Below are positions 19,142 through 29,040 of a stretch of 64,000 nt of DNA, in pieces (the stretch's first letter is position 1; every line of letters begins with the position of its first letter). The position numbers were made by a program, and so were the translations under genes. The notes under the pieces were generated by a model. It saw nothing but the letters and a program-made list of their open reading frames with translations, was not told the DNA's origin and ran no database searches. Location: assembly GCA_018436725.1 (NCBI GenBank), contig JAHDKT010000026.1, positions 1 through 64,000 on the forward strand. Reading direction: 5' to 3'. The stretch comes from Synergistaceae bacterium (lineage in GTDB: Bacteria; Synergistota; Synergistia; Synergistales; Aminobacteriaceae).

Positions 19142-20057
19142 CTACTTTTCCACCTCGTCGAGGGCGAGGGCGAGGGCGCCGCAGACTCCCGCGTCGGCTC
19201 CGAGAGAGGGGGGGACGATGTACCCGTCGATGCCCTCTTCGAGAGCGTGGGAGACGATGTACCCGTCGAGGACGTCCCTTACCTCCGCGCGGACCATCCC
19301 GAAGAAGCGCTCGATCCCGAGAAGGCCGCCGTTCGGGACGCTCCCGCCGAGGATGATCCGCCGGGGCGAGAGCGCGCAGACGACGTTGGCGAGGGCCAGC
19401 GCGACGTAGCGGGTCTCGAAGCGCCATGCGGAAGAGTCCGGGGAGATCTCCTCGGCGGGCGTTCCTGTCCGCTTCTTCATGGCGGGACCGGAGCAGAGCC
19501 CCTCCCAGCAGTCGCCGTGGAACGGGCAGACTCCCTCGAAGGCGTCGCCCGGAATCCTGGGGATGCGCATGTGCCCCATCTCGGGGTGGACGAGGCCGTG
19601 GACGAGCCGTCCGCCCGCCATCACCCCGGCGCCGATGCCGGTGCCGATGGTGATGTAGACGAAGTCGTCCAACCCTGCGGCGGCCCCCCAGCGCCGCTCG
19701 CCGAGCGCCGCGGCGTTCACGTCCGTGTCGAAGGCGACGGGTATGGAGGGAAAGGCGCGCCGCACCGTCCCGAGAATATCGGTATGCCGCCATCCTGCCT
19801 TCGGCGTCGTGGTGATGAAACCGTAGGTGGACGATGAAGGGTCAAGGTCCACCGGGCCGAACGAGCCTATGCCTATGGCGTACAGCGCGCCACGGCGCGT
19901 CTCTTCCTCGCGGAACCATTCCGTCGCGACGGAAAGAGCGGCGTCGGGATCGCTCCCTGAAGGGAAGACGGCCCGGCTCAGATCGCCCGGCCCGCTCCCC
20001 GCCGCGCAGACGATCTTCGTCCCCCCGGCCTCTATTCCCCCGACAAGGGGTTGTCCA
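19142..20057 (-). CDS. ROK-family sugar kinase (glucokinase/fructokinase-like)
   Basis: Start at MNGQPL with RBS AAGGAGG. N-terminal GIEAGGTK. ROK zinc motif (C-x-C-G-x(2)-G-C-x-E: CPFHGDCWEGLCSGPA). Confidence 0.8.
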
Positions 20058-20207
20058 TTCATCGAAAAAGCCTCCTTCTTAAGTACAGTGCATACGCGCG
20101 TTCTTCTCTGCGGCGCTTCGAGAATACGGGACGGCGCACGGTTCTCCACCGCCCTGCGGACAAAGCGTATATCCGGCGCCATTTTGAGAGCGTCGACTGC
20201 TCCCTGT

Positions 20208-20777
20208 TCAGTTCGCGCAGCAGCGCCCCTCCACCAGCATGGCCTTCGCCAGTTCGTCGGCCTTCCTCTTGCCCTTAAGAAGTTCCACGAGGGCCAGCGC
20301 GAAGTCCATGGCGACGCCGGGGCCCGCAGCGGTTATGAGCTTTTCGCCCGCACATAGACGCTCCTCGGTACAGTTGATCTCGTCGAGGCGGCGTCTGAAG
20401 GCCGGATGGCAGGATGTCTTCTCGTCGCCGAGCAGTCCCAGGGGGTGCAGCACCACCGCCGGAGCCGCGCAGATGGCCGCGATGGCTCGCCCCTCCGCCC
20501 GCTGCTTCTTCAGCATATCGCCGAGCAGCGCGGAGGCCGCGAGGTTCGCCGCCCCCGGCATTCCCCCCGGAATCACGATCAGGTCGAAGGTCCGTCCGGC
20601 GACCTCGGCAAGCGTCATATCGGCCTGAACCGAAATACCGCGGGCCCCCTTCACCATAAGCCCCTCCAGCGACGCGACCGTCACGTCGACATCGGCCCTC
20701 CGCAGCACGTCGATCGGCGCGATCGCCTCGATCTCCTCGAATCCCTCGGCAAGCACCGTAAGCACAGTCTTCGCCAT
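20208..20777 (-). CDS. DJ-1/PfpI (ThiJ) family protein
   Basis: Start at MAKTVL with RBS AAGGAGG. Nucleophile elbow AAICAAP. About 190 aa. Confidence 0.85.
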   Translation of the reverse strand: MAKTVLTVLAEGFEEIEAIAPIDVLRRADVDVTVASLEGLMVKGARGISVQADMTLAEVAGRTFDLIVIPGGMPGAANLAASALLGDMLKKQRAEGRAIAAICAAPAVVLHPLGLLGDEKTSCHPAFRRRLDEINCTEERLCAGEKLITAAGPGVAMDFALALVELLKGKRKADELAKAMLVEGRCCAN

Positions 20778-20921
20778 CGTCGCTCCTCCTTCTCGATAGA
20801 ATTGATCATACTGAACCCGGCTTTTCGTTCTATTATACCCGAGCGCACCTCTCTCCACCGTTCGCGGATGATACAATGATGAAGCGCAGTGCGCACTTTT
20901 TCAGGAAAGGGACGGTACGGC

Positions 20922-21818
20922 ATGACGAAAGAACGAATCGGATTCATCGGCCTAGGCATCATGGGGAAGCGCATGGCGCTGAACCTGCTCAAGGCGGGGT
21001 ACTCCATGACCATCCGCAGCGGCAGCGAAGAGACCCGGAACGAGTTCGCCGCGAAGGGCGTCCGGGTGGCGCGGACTCCCGCCGATGTGGCTGCCGAAAG
21101 CGACGTGATCATCACCATGCTTCCGGGATCTCCCGAGGTGGAGGAGGTCGTCCTGGGAGATCACGGTATCATCCGCACGGTCCGGGAGGGGAGCGTCTGC
21201 ATCGACACGAGTTCCATCGATCCGGTGACGTCGGTACGCATCGCCTCGGAGCTGCGGAAGAAAGGCGTCTCCATGCTCGACGCCCCGGTCAGCGGCGGCC
21301 AGGAGAAGGCGGAATCAGGCACGCTCTCCATCATGGCAGGAGGCGACGAAAAGGTCTTCGAGCGCTGCCGGGGCATTCTGCGGGCGATGGGCAAGGACGT
21401 CGTCCTCGTGGGCTGCTCGGGGGCGGGGCAGATCGCCAAGCTGGTGAACCAGTGCATCGTCGCCGTCAACATGGCGATCGTGGGCGAGGCCATGTGCCTC
21501 GGGAAGAAGGCCGGAGTGGACCCGCGGAAGATCTTCGAGGCCATACGGGGAGGGCTCGCCGGAAGCCAGTGCATGACGGACAAGGCGCCGCGCATGTTCA
21601 CCGGAGACTACGCCCCCGGCGGAAAGATGTGGCTCCACGTCAAGGATCTGAAGAACGTGATGACCGCGTGCCATGAATACGATGTCGCCATGCCGCTGAC
21701 CGAGAGCGTTCTGAAGATGATGGAGGAGGTCGTGCGGGACGCGGGTCCGGACACCGACCACGGAGGCGTCGCCAAGTACTTCGAAAAGCTCAACGGCGTC
21801 TCGCTGGTGACGGAATAG
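20922..21818 (+). CDS. garR: NAD(P)-dependent 3-hydroxyacid dehydrogenase (HIBADH/tartronate-semialdehyde reductase family)
   Basis: GFIGLGIMG Rossmann motif. Catalytic Lys region (GxxGxGxxxKxxxN: GAGQIAKLVNQ). About 298 aa. Confidence 0.8.
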   Translation: MTKERIGFIGLGIMGKRMALNLLKAGYSMTIRSGSEETRNEFAAKGVRVARTPADVAAESDVIITMLPGSPEVEEVVLGDHGIIRTVREGSVCIDTSSIDPVTSVRIASELRKKGVSMLDAPVSGGQEKAESGTLSIMAGGDEKVFERCRGILRAMGKDVVLVGCSGAGQIAKLVNQCIVAVNMAIVGEAMCLGKKAGVDPRKIFEAIRGGLAGSQCMTDKAPRMFTGDYAPGGKMWLHVKDLKNVMTACHEYDVAMPLTESVLKMMEEVVRDAGPDTDHGGVAKYFEKLNGVSLVTE

Positions 21819-21996
21819 GGAGTGCCGCTGCCGGCGTCAGAACCGGGAAGGCTTCAGTCTACGCACACCGCTCGTCCGTCTTGACCTGCATGCTCAAACC
21901 GGTTGCATTTTTACCGTTTTAGGCAAATATCGGTAAAATTTAGGACCGGGTGATGTTAAATGCTGGAAACAGTACAGTCCCTGATTCTCAGCGTCG

Positions 21997-22812
21997 TTAG
22001 TTTGCTCCGCTTTTCATCCCCAGCAGCGGGGAGGGCTCGCCGTGCCAGGTCACCAGGATGTGCGTCCTCGCCCTTGTCGCGGCGACGTGGAGCAGAGAGC
22101 GCTCGCGGGTTTCCAGCTCGTCCATCATCAGCGGATCCTCCTGCTCCCGCCGCGACTTCGGCGGGACGCCGGCCTCGTCGCGGTTCTCCGGCCCTCCGGC
22201 CTCCAGCTTCACAAGAGGAAGACCTCGCCCGGCAAGCGCCTCGCGATAACGTTCAAGAAGCGCCCGCGAGCGGACGACCAGGCAGACGTCCTTCAACCAC
22301 TCCCCTTTGGACTCGATCTCCTTCAGGAACCCGGCCAGAAAATCCGCCTCCTCGTCGAACGAGCCGAATCCCTCCAGACGCGGCTCCTGACCGCGCAGCA
22401 GCGAACGGTACCTCTGGAGGTCGTCCTCCCCTCCCTCCAGATCGTCGAGAGGCCGCCCGTCCAGCACATAGGTGTTTCCCGAATCCGGGTGCAGCACGAT
22501 GCCGCGGTAGGCGTCGTCGATCCGCACGGAACGGAGCTTCTTGCCCTTCGCGTCGCGGATCTTCTCGAAGTTGATCCCCGGAAAGTCCGGCCGCTCGCTG
22601 AAGCGCCTGATGAACTCCAGCACCTTCTCCTGCCGGGCGCGCGGCATCTTGAAGAGCGACGGAAAGCAGTCCCTGGAGACTGCGACGTTCGGTGTGAAGT
22701 TCATACTCTTCGGCCCTTCGGGAGAGAATATAAGTTGATCACTCGTTTGTTTCCGCCACAACGGTCCTGTCGCCTGGATCCGAGCATCCTGTTTCAATAT
22801 CGCAATACCCAA
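21997..22812 (-). pseudogene. remnant of a UvrD/Rep-type helicase (C-terminal motif VI only, no ATPase core)
   Basis: The C terminus (LLHVAATRARTHILVTWHG) matches SF1 helicase motif VI (LLYVAxTRAk..L.l). No Walker A or B anywhere in the 271 aa. The N-terminal region is unrelated. Confidence 0.35.
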
Positions 22813-22881
22813 CCGGAAAAAGCTTTGTTCTCACTCCAGTTCATTGCCACGATGTGATCACAAAGAAAGGATGTGTCTCCG

Positions 22882-22983
22882 ATGAGAATATGCGATTCGT
22901 CGATCCGCGTCCGCATGGATAGCGAGACAAAACAAAAAGCCTCCGCCGCGCTGGAGGAAGCATTCAAGGAGCTGGGGATCTAG
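22882..22983 (+). pseudogene. dinJ: DinJ/RelB-like antitoxin remnant (internal in-frame deletion)
   Basis: The 33-aa product joins a DinJ-like N-terminal strand (IRVRMDSETKQKASAAL) directly to the DinJ C-terminal tail (EEAFKELGI, compare E. coli ...DDLFDKLGI). The middle roughly 50 aa is missing. Confidence 0.5.
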
Positions 22984-22984
22984 C

Positions 22985-23270
22985 GTGCTTTCCATACGTT
23001 ATTCCGGACGTTTCGAACGCGATGTGCGCCGCCTGGAGAATCGAGGCGAAGTGATGGAAAAACTCAAGGTGGCCATGCGACTCTTGGCGCAGCAAGAGAG
23101 CTTGCCCGCCGCATACGGAGATCACCCCTTGAAAGGGGAATGGAAATGATATCGGGATATCCACATCGAACCCGATTGGATTCTGATATATCGAATCGTC
23201 GGAACCGCGTTGCTTCTGGTTGACTCCGGGGCGCATGCCGATCTCTTCGATAAATTGGATATGGTGTGCT
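22985..23270 (+). pseudogene. yafQ: YafQ/RelE-family toxin interrupted by in-frame TGA at 23147-23149
   Basis: GTG start 1 nt after the dinJ stop. VLSIRYSGRFERDV...AAYGDHPLKGEWK then TGA then YRDIHIEPDWILIYRIV, versus E. coli YafQ ...AVYKDHPLQGSWKGYRDAHVEPDWILIYKL. The stop sits exactly where Gly (GGA) is expected. Confidence 0.6.
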
Positions 23271-23490
23271 CTTGCACGGCAACAAGACGATGTCTCCCTC
23301 ATGCGGATGAAGGTTTCCCGGCTATACGGGCTGTAGAGGAGGATCTCTCTCGAGTAGGCGCTCTCGACGCCGTACTTGTCGCAGACAAACTCCGCTTCAC
23401 CCAAAATTCTTTTTCCATTCGCGTTCGAGCGCGGCCGCGCCGGAGGAAGCGCATCTGCACCTCCGGCGCGGCTTGTGGTCGTCCGCTCCT

Positions 23491-25110
23491 CTACTTGACG
23501 CCTCCGAGGATCGCCATGGCGCGGGCGAGAATCTTGGTTGCTTCCATCATGCCGTCGATCGAAAGGCTCTCGTTCGGCTCGTGCATTCCGGTTCCGCCCT
23601 CGATTCCCCAGGCCGCCATGCGGTAGCCGAAGGGCGTTCCTTTGGCGTCCACGGGCTCGTTCCTCCATGCGCTGGCATAGGTGCCGCCGTAGGTGATCGA
23701 AGGTTCGCGATCCTTGCCCGTCACTCCCGCGTACGCGGCGCGCAGCGTGACGACGATCTCGGAGTCCCACGGGATGGTGTAGGGCTTGCCGCCGCCGGTG
23801 ACGTGGACTTCCTTCCCCTCGCCCATCTCGAAGCCCTTCGCGGCGAAGGCGGCGGTGACCTTCTCCTTGATCTCCTGCCCGGTGTAGTGCTTCACGTCGT
23901 GGACTTTGAGGTCGGCGCCCGAGTCCGGGTAGCGGATGTTTACATGGAATGTGAGTTCTGCGGCCTTCAGTTCGACGAGCCCCATGTTGACGGTGATGAT
24001 GTCGTCGAACTCTATGCCGCCCTGCTTGATTCCAAGGGCTTCGCCGTCGGCGGTGTCGACGCCGATGAGGTCGACCAGCCGGGCGGCGTGCGCGCCCCAG
24101 CTCTCCTCGGCGCCGATCTTCGACAGAATGGCGAGCGTACGGACGTTGGCGTTCCGTCCTTTCCACGCCTGGCCGGAGTGCGCCGCTACGCCGTTGACGT
24201 CGATGAAGACGTTTTTGCCCTCGTTCCGGACCTTGACGTCGCTCTTCCAGGGCTGTTCCGCGACGAACGCGGCTACCGAGGCGGCCAGCGCTTCCGCGCT
24301 CTTTTCATCCGCCGCTTCGAGAACGGCGTTGCACTGGTCGGAGACCGCGTTGCGCGCCGTGCCGCCCTTGAGCGAGGCGAGGCGGATCGCTTTCGACGCC
24401 TCGACGGGGAGCTTTCCGGCGACGTTGACGCCGGTCTTTTCAATGTAGGTGACGGCGAAGCTGCCGGAGTCGGGGGAGAATCCGAGCACCGGCCACTCCT
24501 CCTTGCCCTCCTTGCAGAGCTTCGCATACTCGGCGACGCAGCTCCAGCTCTTTCCGTCGCTGCCGCTTCCGTCCTCGGAGGTGCCGAAGAAGATGCGGAT
24601 GCGGCGGTTCAGAGACAGTCCGGCGTCGTTGATCGCCTTGAGCGCATACATGGATGACACGGCCGGCCCCTTGTCGTCGAATGCGCCGCGGCCGATGAGC
24701 TTTCCGTCCACGATCTTCCCCTCGAACGGTCCGGCCAGAGTCCAGAGTTCGAGGTTGCCCTCGGGAACGGTATCGAGGTGGACAAGCACCATCACCATCT
24801 CGGGTGCGCTCTCCGGGCCGGTCTCGAGGTACCCGAACCGATACTCGGGGTGCTTATGGGCGCGGAAACCCATCTGCCGCCCCAGTTCGAGCGCATAGTC
24901 CAGAACCTGCTTCACGCCTTCGGAAGGCGTTGTAGGGGAACCGTGATTGTAGCTTTTGATCTGAATGATTTCCTGAACCGACTTGATCTGCGCATCCCGC
25001 GCAGCGTCGATCTTTCCGTCGAGGACGTCCTCCCAGGAAACGGCAAGAAGGACGGAAGCGCTGCACAGCACAAGAAAAAACGAAAACACGAAACGCATGA
25101 ATCGCACCAT
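23491..25110 (-). CDS. secreted M20-family dipeptidase (Sapep/PepV-like)
   Basis: 539 aa with signal peptide. M20 metal-binding motifs (HLDTVP, GRGAFDDKG, EE in GTSEDGSG region). Confidence 0.75.
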   Translation of the reverse strand: MVRFMRFVFSFFLVLCSASVLLAVSWEDVLDGKIDAARDAQIKSVQEIIQIKSYNHGSPTTPSEGVKQVLDYALELGRQMGFRAHKHPEYRFGYLETGPESAPEMVMVLVHLDTVPEGNLELWTLAGPFEGKIVDGKLIGRGAFDDKGPAVSSMYALKAINDAGLSLNRRIRIFFGTSEDGSGSDGKSWSCVAEYAKLCKEGKEEWPVLGFSPDSGSFAVTYIEKTGVNVAGKLPVEASKAIRLASLKGGTARNAVSDQCNAVLEAADEKSAEALAASVAAFVAEQPWKSDVKVRNEGKNVFIDVNGVAAHSGQAWKGRNANVRTLAILSKIGAEESWGAHAARLVDLIGVDTADGEALGIKQGGIEFDDIITVNMGLVELKAAELTFHVNIRYPDSGADLKVHDVKHYTGQEIKEKVTAAFAAKGFEMGEGKEVHVTGGGKPYTIPWDSEIVVTLRAAYAGVTGKDREPSITYGGTYASAWRNEPVDAKGTPFGYRMAAWGIEGGTGMHEPNESLSIDGMMEATKILARAMAILGGVK

Positions 25111-25520
25111 TCGACACTCCTTTCACGATCGCAGCGTTGCATTGAAACGGATTGCACACTCTCCCCGCGCAGTCGGACACCCCTCCTTTCAGGGTCGCGC
25201 AGGGTGTTTGCGAACGGACGGAACGACCTCGCTCTCGGAACGCCGGCGAAGCTCCCCGCCGCAGCGACGCAGGCCGCCATGTGAAGGGCGGATCGCCCGT
25301 GCACGCTGCATTGCGCACAAGAATCTTTTGCCTGTATCAAGCTTATATTCTGTCCACGCTCTTTGTCAAGCATCCCCTCCGCGCCATGGATTCACCGGGA
25401 AATATGTCCGGACGTCCCTCTGTTCAACGGCCGACGACGTTCTTCAACACCTCCGGCATGGTATGATACGTGTGCAACACAATGCTTCGTCGAGGAAGCT
25501 TTTATAAGGAGAGATACATC

Positions 25521-25958
25521 ATGTTCGAAACCGTTCTTGTCGTCCTGATCGGGTTGGCGGGCGGCGTCGCCGTGGGGCTTCAGTCACCGCTCGCCGGAGC
25601 TATGGGACAGAGAATAGGCCCGACCGCGAGCAGCCTGATCATCCATCTGGGGGGACTGTTTCTCTCTTTGCTCCTGCTCTGGTTCAGAGGGGGAGAACGG
25701 ATTCAGCACTGGCAGTCGCTGCCATGGTTCATGCTCGCAGCCGGGGGGCTGAGAGTCGTTCTTTTCCAGACGATCAACGTCACGCTCCCCCGCCTCGGGG
25801 CGACCGCCATGGTGACGTTGATCATCGCGGGGCAGCTGGTAACGGGCGTTCTGATCGATTCGCAGGGGTGGCTCGGAGTCGCGGCGCGCCCGCTCGAACC
25901 GGTCAGGGCGGCGGGCGTCCTCCTGCTGCTCGCAGGGGGCTGGTTGATCGTGCGATAG
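25521..25958 (+). CDS. small DMT-superfamily membrane protein (DUF606/YdcZ-like)
   Basis: 145 aa, four to five TM helices, RBS AAGGAGAG. A truncated paralog recurs at 44233-44603. Confidence 0.65.
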   Translation: MFETVLVVLIGLAGGVAVGLQSPLAGAMGQRIGPTASSLIIHLGGLFLSLLLLWFRGGERIQHWQSLPWFMLAAGGLRVVLFQTINVTLPRLGATAMVTLIIAGQLVTGVLIDSQGWLGVAARPLEPVRAAGVLLLLAGGWLIVR

Positions 25959-25973
25959 GGCGGGGAAGACGAC

Positions 25974-27596
25974 ATGGACATCTCTCTGCGGGAGCTGCTG
26001 GCGATGCCGGCGCTGAAGGGGATCAGGATTCTCGCTGGGGAGCGCGGCCTCGACAGACGCCGGGTCTCCTCGGTGACGGTGATGGACGCGCCCGATCCGT
26101 ACCAGTGGATACAGGGCGGCGAACTCGTCGTCACCTCCGGCTATATCTTCCGCGACGCCCCTCTTTCCATCCTCGACGCCATCGAAAAGCTCAACGGGAA
26201 AGAGTCGTCCGGCTTCGGGATCAAAGTGCAGCGCTACGTCAAGACGGTGCCTCCCGAGGCGCTCGCCCTGGCGGACACGCTCCACTTCCCGCTGCTCGAC
26301 ATCCCCTTCTCCTTCGCCTTCCGCGACGTGATCGATCCGGTGCTCACCTCCATCGTCAACCGCCAGGCGCGGCAGATCAAATTTTCCGAGCAGGTGCTCT
26401 CGTCGTTCTCGACGATGGTCACCAGGGGCGCGAGCGAGGAGGAGATCTGCGCCAGTCTGCGGAAGTTCGCCAAGTGCGACCTCGCCTTCTGCGACACCAC
26501 GTTCGGCACGTTCTGCTTCGCCGCGGCCGATGAGTTCGTTCATATCGTCCGGAGCACGCCCCTCTCCGACCTTTTCCGTCAGTTCCTCTCGGTGAAGATC
26601 GCCATCGGCGAGCGTGTATACGGCTATCTCGTCTTTCATCGCCCCCCATCGGTTCCTACCCATGACGACTGGTTCATACCCGTGAGCCACGCCCGGACGG
26701 CTCTGCTGCTGCGCCTCCAGAAGCGTCTCGCCCATGCGGAGACGGAGCGGCGCTACAGGAGCGAGTTCGTGCTCGACATCCTGAACAAGAACCTCCGGTT
26801 CGAGAAGGAGCTGTGGAACCGGGCCGCCCTGCTCGACTGGGACATCGAAGGCCCCAGATACGTCGCCGTCGTCGACATCGACAACTACAAACGCCAGTTC
26901 GAGGACGTCGCCGTACGGGATGCTCTGCGCAGCATCGAGGAGACCAAGCGGCGCATCTACACGATCTCGAACACCGTCATCCGCTCGGCCTTCCCGAGGG
27001 TTCCCTTCACCGAGATGAGCGACTCCGTGGCGTACATCCTTGCCGCACCGCTCGGAGAGAGCGCCGCCGTGGGCGACCTTCAGCCCGTGCTGAAGACGTT
27101 GCAGGACGAGGTCTTCGGCGCGACCGGAAAGAGCGTGACCATCGGCGTCGGCAGGGTCAAACCGTCCGTCCTTCAGTCCTCCGAAAGCTACGACGAAGCG
27201 CGCAGGGCGCTGGAAATGATCCGCTCCGCACAAGGGCCCGGCAGAATCGCCTTCTGGAACCGACTCGGGGTGAACAAGCTCCTCTTCAGCCTCTCCGACG
27301 CCGCCGCCGCCGAGGACTTCTGCCGCGAGATGCTCTCCCCGCTGCTCGACCTCGACGAGACGCATCGGGAGACGATGCTGAAGACGCTTTCGGCGCTCGC
27401 GGAGTGCAACTGGTCCGTAAAGGAGAGCGCGCGCCTCCTCTCCGTTCACGAGAATACCGTCAAGTACCGCTACAAGAGGGTCCGAGAGCTGCTCGACTTC
27501 GACCCCGACTCCTCCGAGGACCGCCTCCGCATGGCGCTCGCCCTGAAGATCCTCTCTCTCGGCATCTCCGCCGCCTGTTCGATAAAAACAAAATAA
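25974..27596 (+). CDS. PucR/CdaR-family transcriptional regulator
   Basis: 540 aa. N-terminal purine-catabolism-regulator-like domain. C-terminal PucR HTH (LKTLSALAECNWSVKESARLLSVHENTVKYRYKRVRELL). Confidence 0.8.
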   Translation: MDISLRELLAMPALKGIRILAGERGLDRRRVSSVTVMDAPDPYQWIQGGELVVTSGYIFRDAPLSILDAIEKLNGKESSGFGIKVQRYVKTVPPEALALADTLHFPLLDIPFSFAFRDVIDPVLTSIVNRQARQIKFSEQVLSSFSTMVTRGASEEEICASLRKFAKCDLAFCDTTFGTFCFAAADEFVHIVRSTPLSDLFRQFLSVKIAIGERVYGYLVFHRPPSVPTHDDWFIPVSHARTALLLRLQKRLAHAETERRYRSEFVLDILNKNLRFEKELWNRAALLDWDIEGPRYVAVVDIDNYKRQFEDVAVRDALRSIEETKRRIYTISNTVIRSAFPRVPFTEMSDSVAYILAAPLGESAAVGDLQPVLKTLQDEVFGATGKSVTIGVGRVKPSVLQSSESYDEARRALEMIRSAQGPGRIAFWNRLGVNKLLFSLSDAAAAEDFCREMLSPLLDLDETHRETMLKTLSALAECNWSVKESARLLSVHENTVKYRYKRVRELLDFDPDSSEDRLRMALALKILSLGISAACSIKTK

Positions 27597-27776
27597 GAGC
27601 GCATATTTGTCTTTCAAGGACATTGTTCTCCTTCAACACATCGCTTATGATGTATTCTGCTTCGTGCAGCGTGTCGGTACGACCGCGGCACACAGAGAGC
27701 GAACGTGACGGGGCGCGCCCTTTCATTTTTCCGTCGAACGCGCTCCCCGGACTCATTTCGAGAAGGAGGGGTTGAG

Positions 27777-28982
27777 GTGGCGGACTTTCGCGCATCCGCG
27801 CAGAAGCTTCAGCAGCAGATAACGTCCTGGAGACGGGATCTGCACAAGATTCCCGAGACGGGGGTGGACACCCCGCAAACGGAGGCGTACATCTGCGCCG
27901 AGCTGGACAAGATGGGGGTCTCCTACCGCAGAGGCCTCGGCGGACACGGCATCGTAGCCCTCGTCGAGGGAAAACACAAGAAGAAGGTCTTCGCGATCCG
28001 CGCGGATATCGACGGCCTTCCGATCAAAGAGGAGACGGGGCTTCCCTTCGCCTCCGGGAACGGGTGCATGCACGCTTGCGGCCACGACGCGCACGCGGCG
28101 ATGGGGCTTGCCTCGGTGAAGCTGCTGAACGACGTCCGGGGAGAGATCGACGGCTCGGTGCTCGTCGTATTCCAGCCCGGCGAAGAGGGGTGTCCGGACG
28201 GCCCCGGCGGAGCGAAGCGGATGCTCGACGACGGCGCCTTCGAGGATCCGAAGCCGGACGCGATGGTGGGGCTGCATACGGGCTCCATCTGGAAGGATTT
28301 CGTCCCCGGCGAGATAGGCTACCGTCCGGGCAGCATCATGGCATGCATGGACCGCTTCGAGATCCTCGTCAAGGGGAAGGGCTCGCACGGGGCGTACCCC
28401 CAGGGCTCCGTGGACACGATCTCCATCGCGGGGCAGATGATCTGCGAGCTGCAGACGATCGTGAGCCGCGAGGTCGACCCGCAGGAGCCGTGCGTGATCA
28501 GCCTCGGGGAGATCCACGCGGGAAGCGCCTTCAACATCATCCCCGGAGAGTGCCGCATCACCGGCACGGTCCGGGCCTTCAACCAGGAGATGCGGGAGTT
28601 CCTGGCCCGCCGTATCGGCGAGGTCGCCTCGGCGGTGGCCTCCGGAATGCGGGGGAGCGTCGAATTCTCGTACGGCTGGCACGGCCCCGCGCCCGTGGTG
28701 AACGACCCCGTCATGACTGAGGAACTTCGCCTGGCGGCGGAGAAGGTCGTCGGCCCCGAGAAGGTCCGTGAAATTTCGCGCCCCTCGATGGGCGGCGAGG
28801 ACATCGCCTTCTTCCTCGAAAAGGCCCCCGGCACGTTCTTCTTCTTACCCGGCTGCAACGAGGCGAAGGGGCAGACGTGGCCGCACCACAACAGCCGCTT
28901 CGACATCGACGAGGACGTCCTCTGGATCGGTCCGGCCGTCATGGCCACGATGGCCGTCGACTGGCTGAAAAAACAGGCGTAG
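27777..28982 (+). CDS. M20D-family amidohydrolase (N-acyl-L-amino acid amidohydrolase/hippuricase-like)
   Basis: GTG start after AAGGAGGGG. Motifs HACGHDAH and GEEG plus a dimerisation lid. A partial paralog at 44665-45300 starts with ATG at the equivalent codon. Confidence 0.85.
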   Translation: MADFRASAQKLQQQITSWRRDLHKIPETGVDTPQTEAYICAELDKMGVSYRRGLGGHGIVALVEGKHKKKVFAIRADIDGLPIKEETGLPFASGNGCMHACGHDAHAAMGLASVKLLNDVRGEIDGSVLVVFQPGEEGCPDGPGGAKRMLDDGAFEDPKPDAMVGLHTGSIWKDFVPGEIGYRPGSIMACMDRFEILVKGKGSHGAYPQGSVDTISIAGQMICELQTIVSREVDPQEPCVISLGEIHAGSAFNIIPGECRITGTVRAFNQEMREFLARRIGEVASAVASGMRGSVEFSYGWHGPAPVVNDPVMTEELRLAAEKVVGPEKVREISRPSMGGEDIAFFLEKAPGTFFFLPGCNEAKGQTWPHHNSRFDIDEDVLWIGPAVMATMAVDWLKKQA

Positions 28983-29040
28983 CGTGTAGTGAAAGGGAGT
29001 CCCCTGCGGGCTCCCTTTTCCGATGAAGGGGGGAAGGAAC

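Noticed and set aside
19142-20182. Longer N-terminal extension of the ROK kinase (start at 20182).
   Set aside because: The internal ATG at 20057 has a perfect AAGGAGG RBS and begins at the conserved GIEAGGTK N-terminus. The extension is Arg-rich and unsupported.
23147-23149. Possibility that TGA is reassigned to Gly (as in some candidate phyla), suggested by two TGA codons at conserved Gly positions (23147 and 55752).
   Set aside because: Many intact long genes in the window terminate with TGA (e.g. tacA at 3901-3903 in the ATGA overlap, exbB/exbD junction). No other in-frame TGA appears inside conserved domains. A global recoding would fragment far more ORFs under the standard-code track.
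22964-24166. 400-aa ORF on the minus strand overlapping the dinJ/yafQ region and the start of the M20 dipeptidase.
   Set aside because: Arg/Gly/Pro-rich low-complexity translation typical of antisense or off-frame ORFs in high-GC DNA. Overlaps better-supported features.
25584-27623. 679-aa minus-strand ORF antisense to the DMT and PucR genes.
   Set aside because: No domain signal, extreme Arg/Gly/Pro bias. The sense-strand genes have strong homology.
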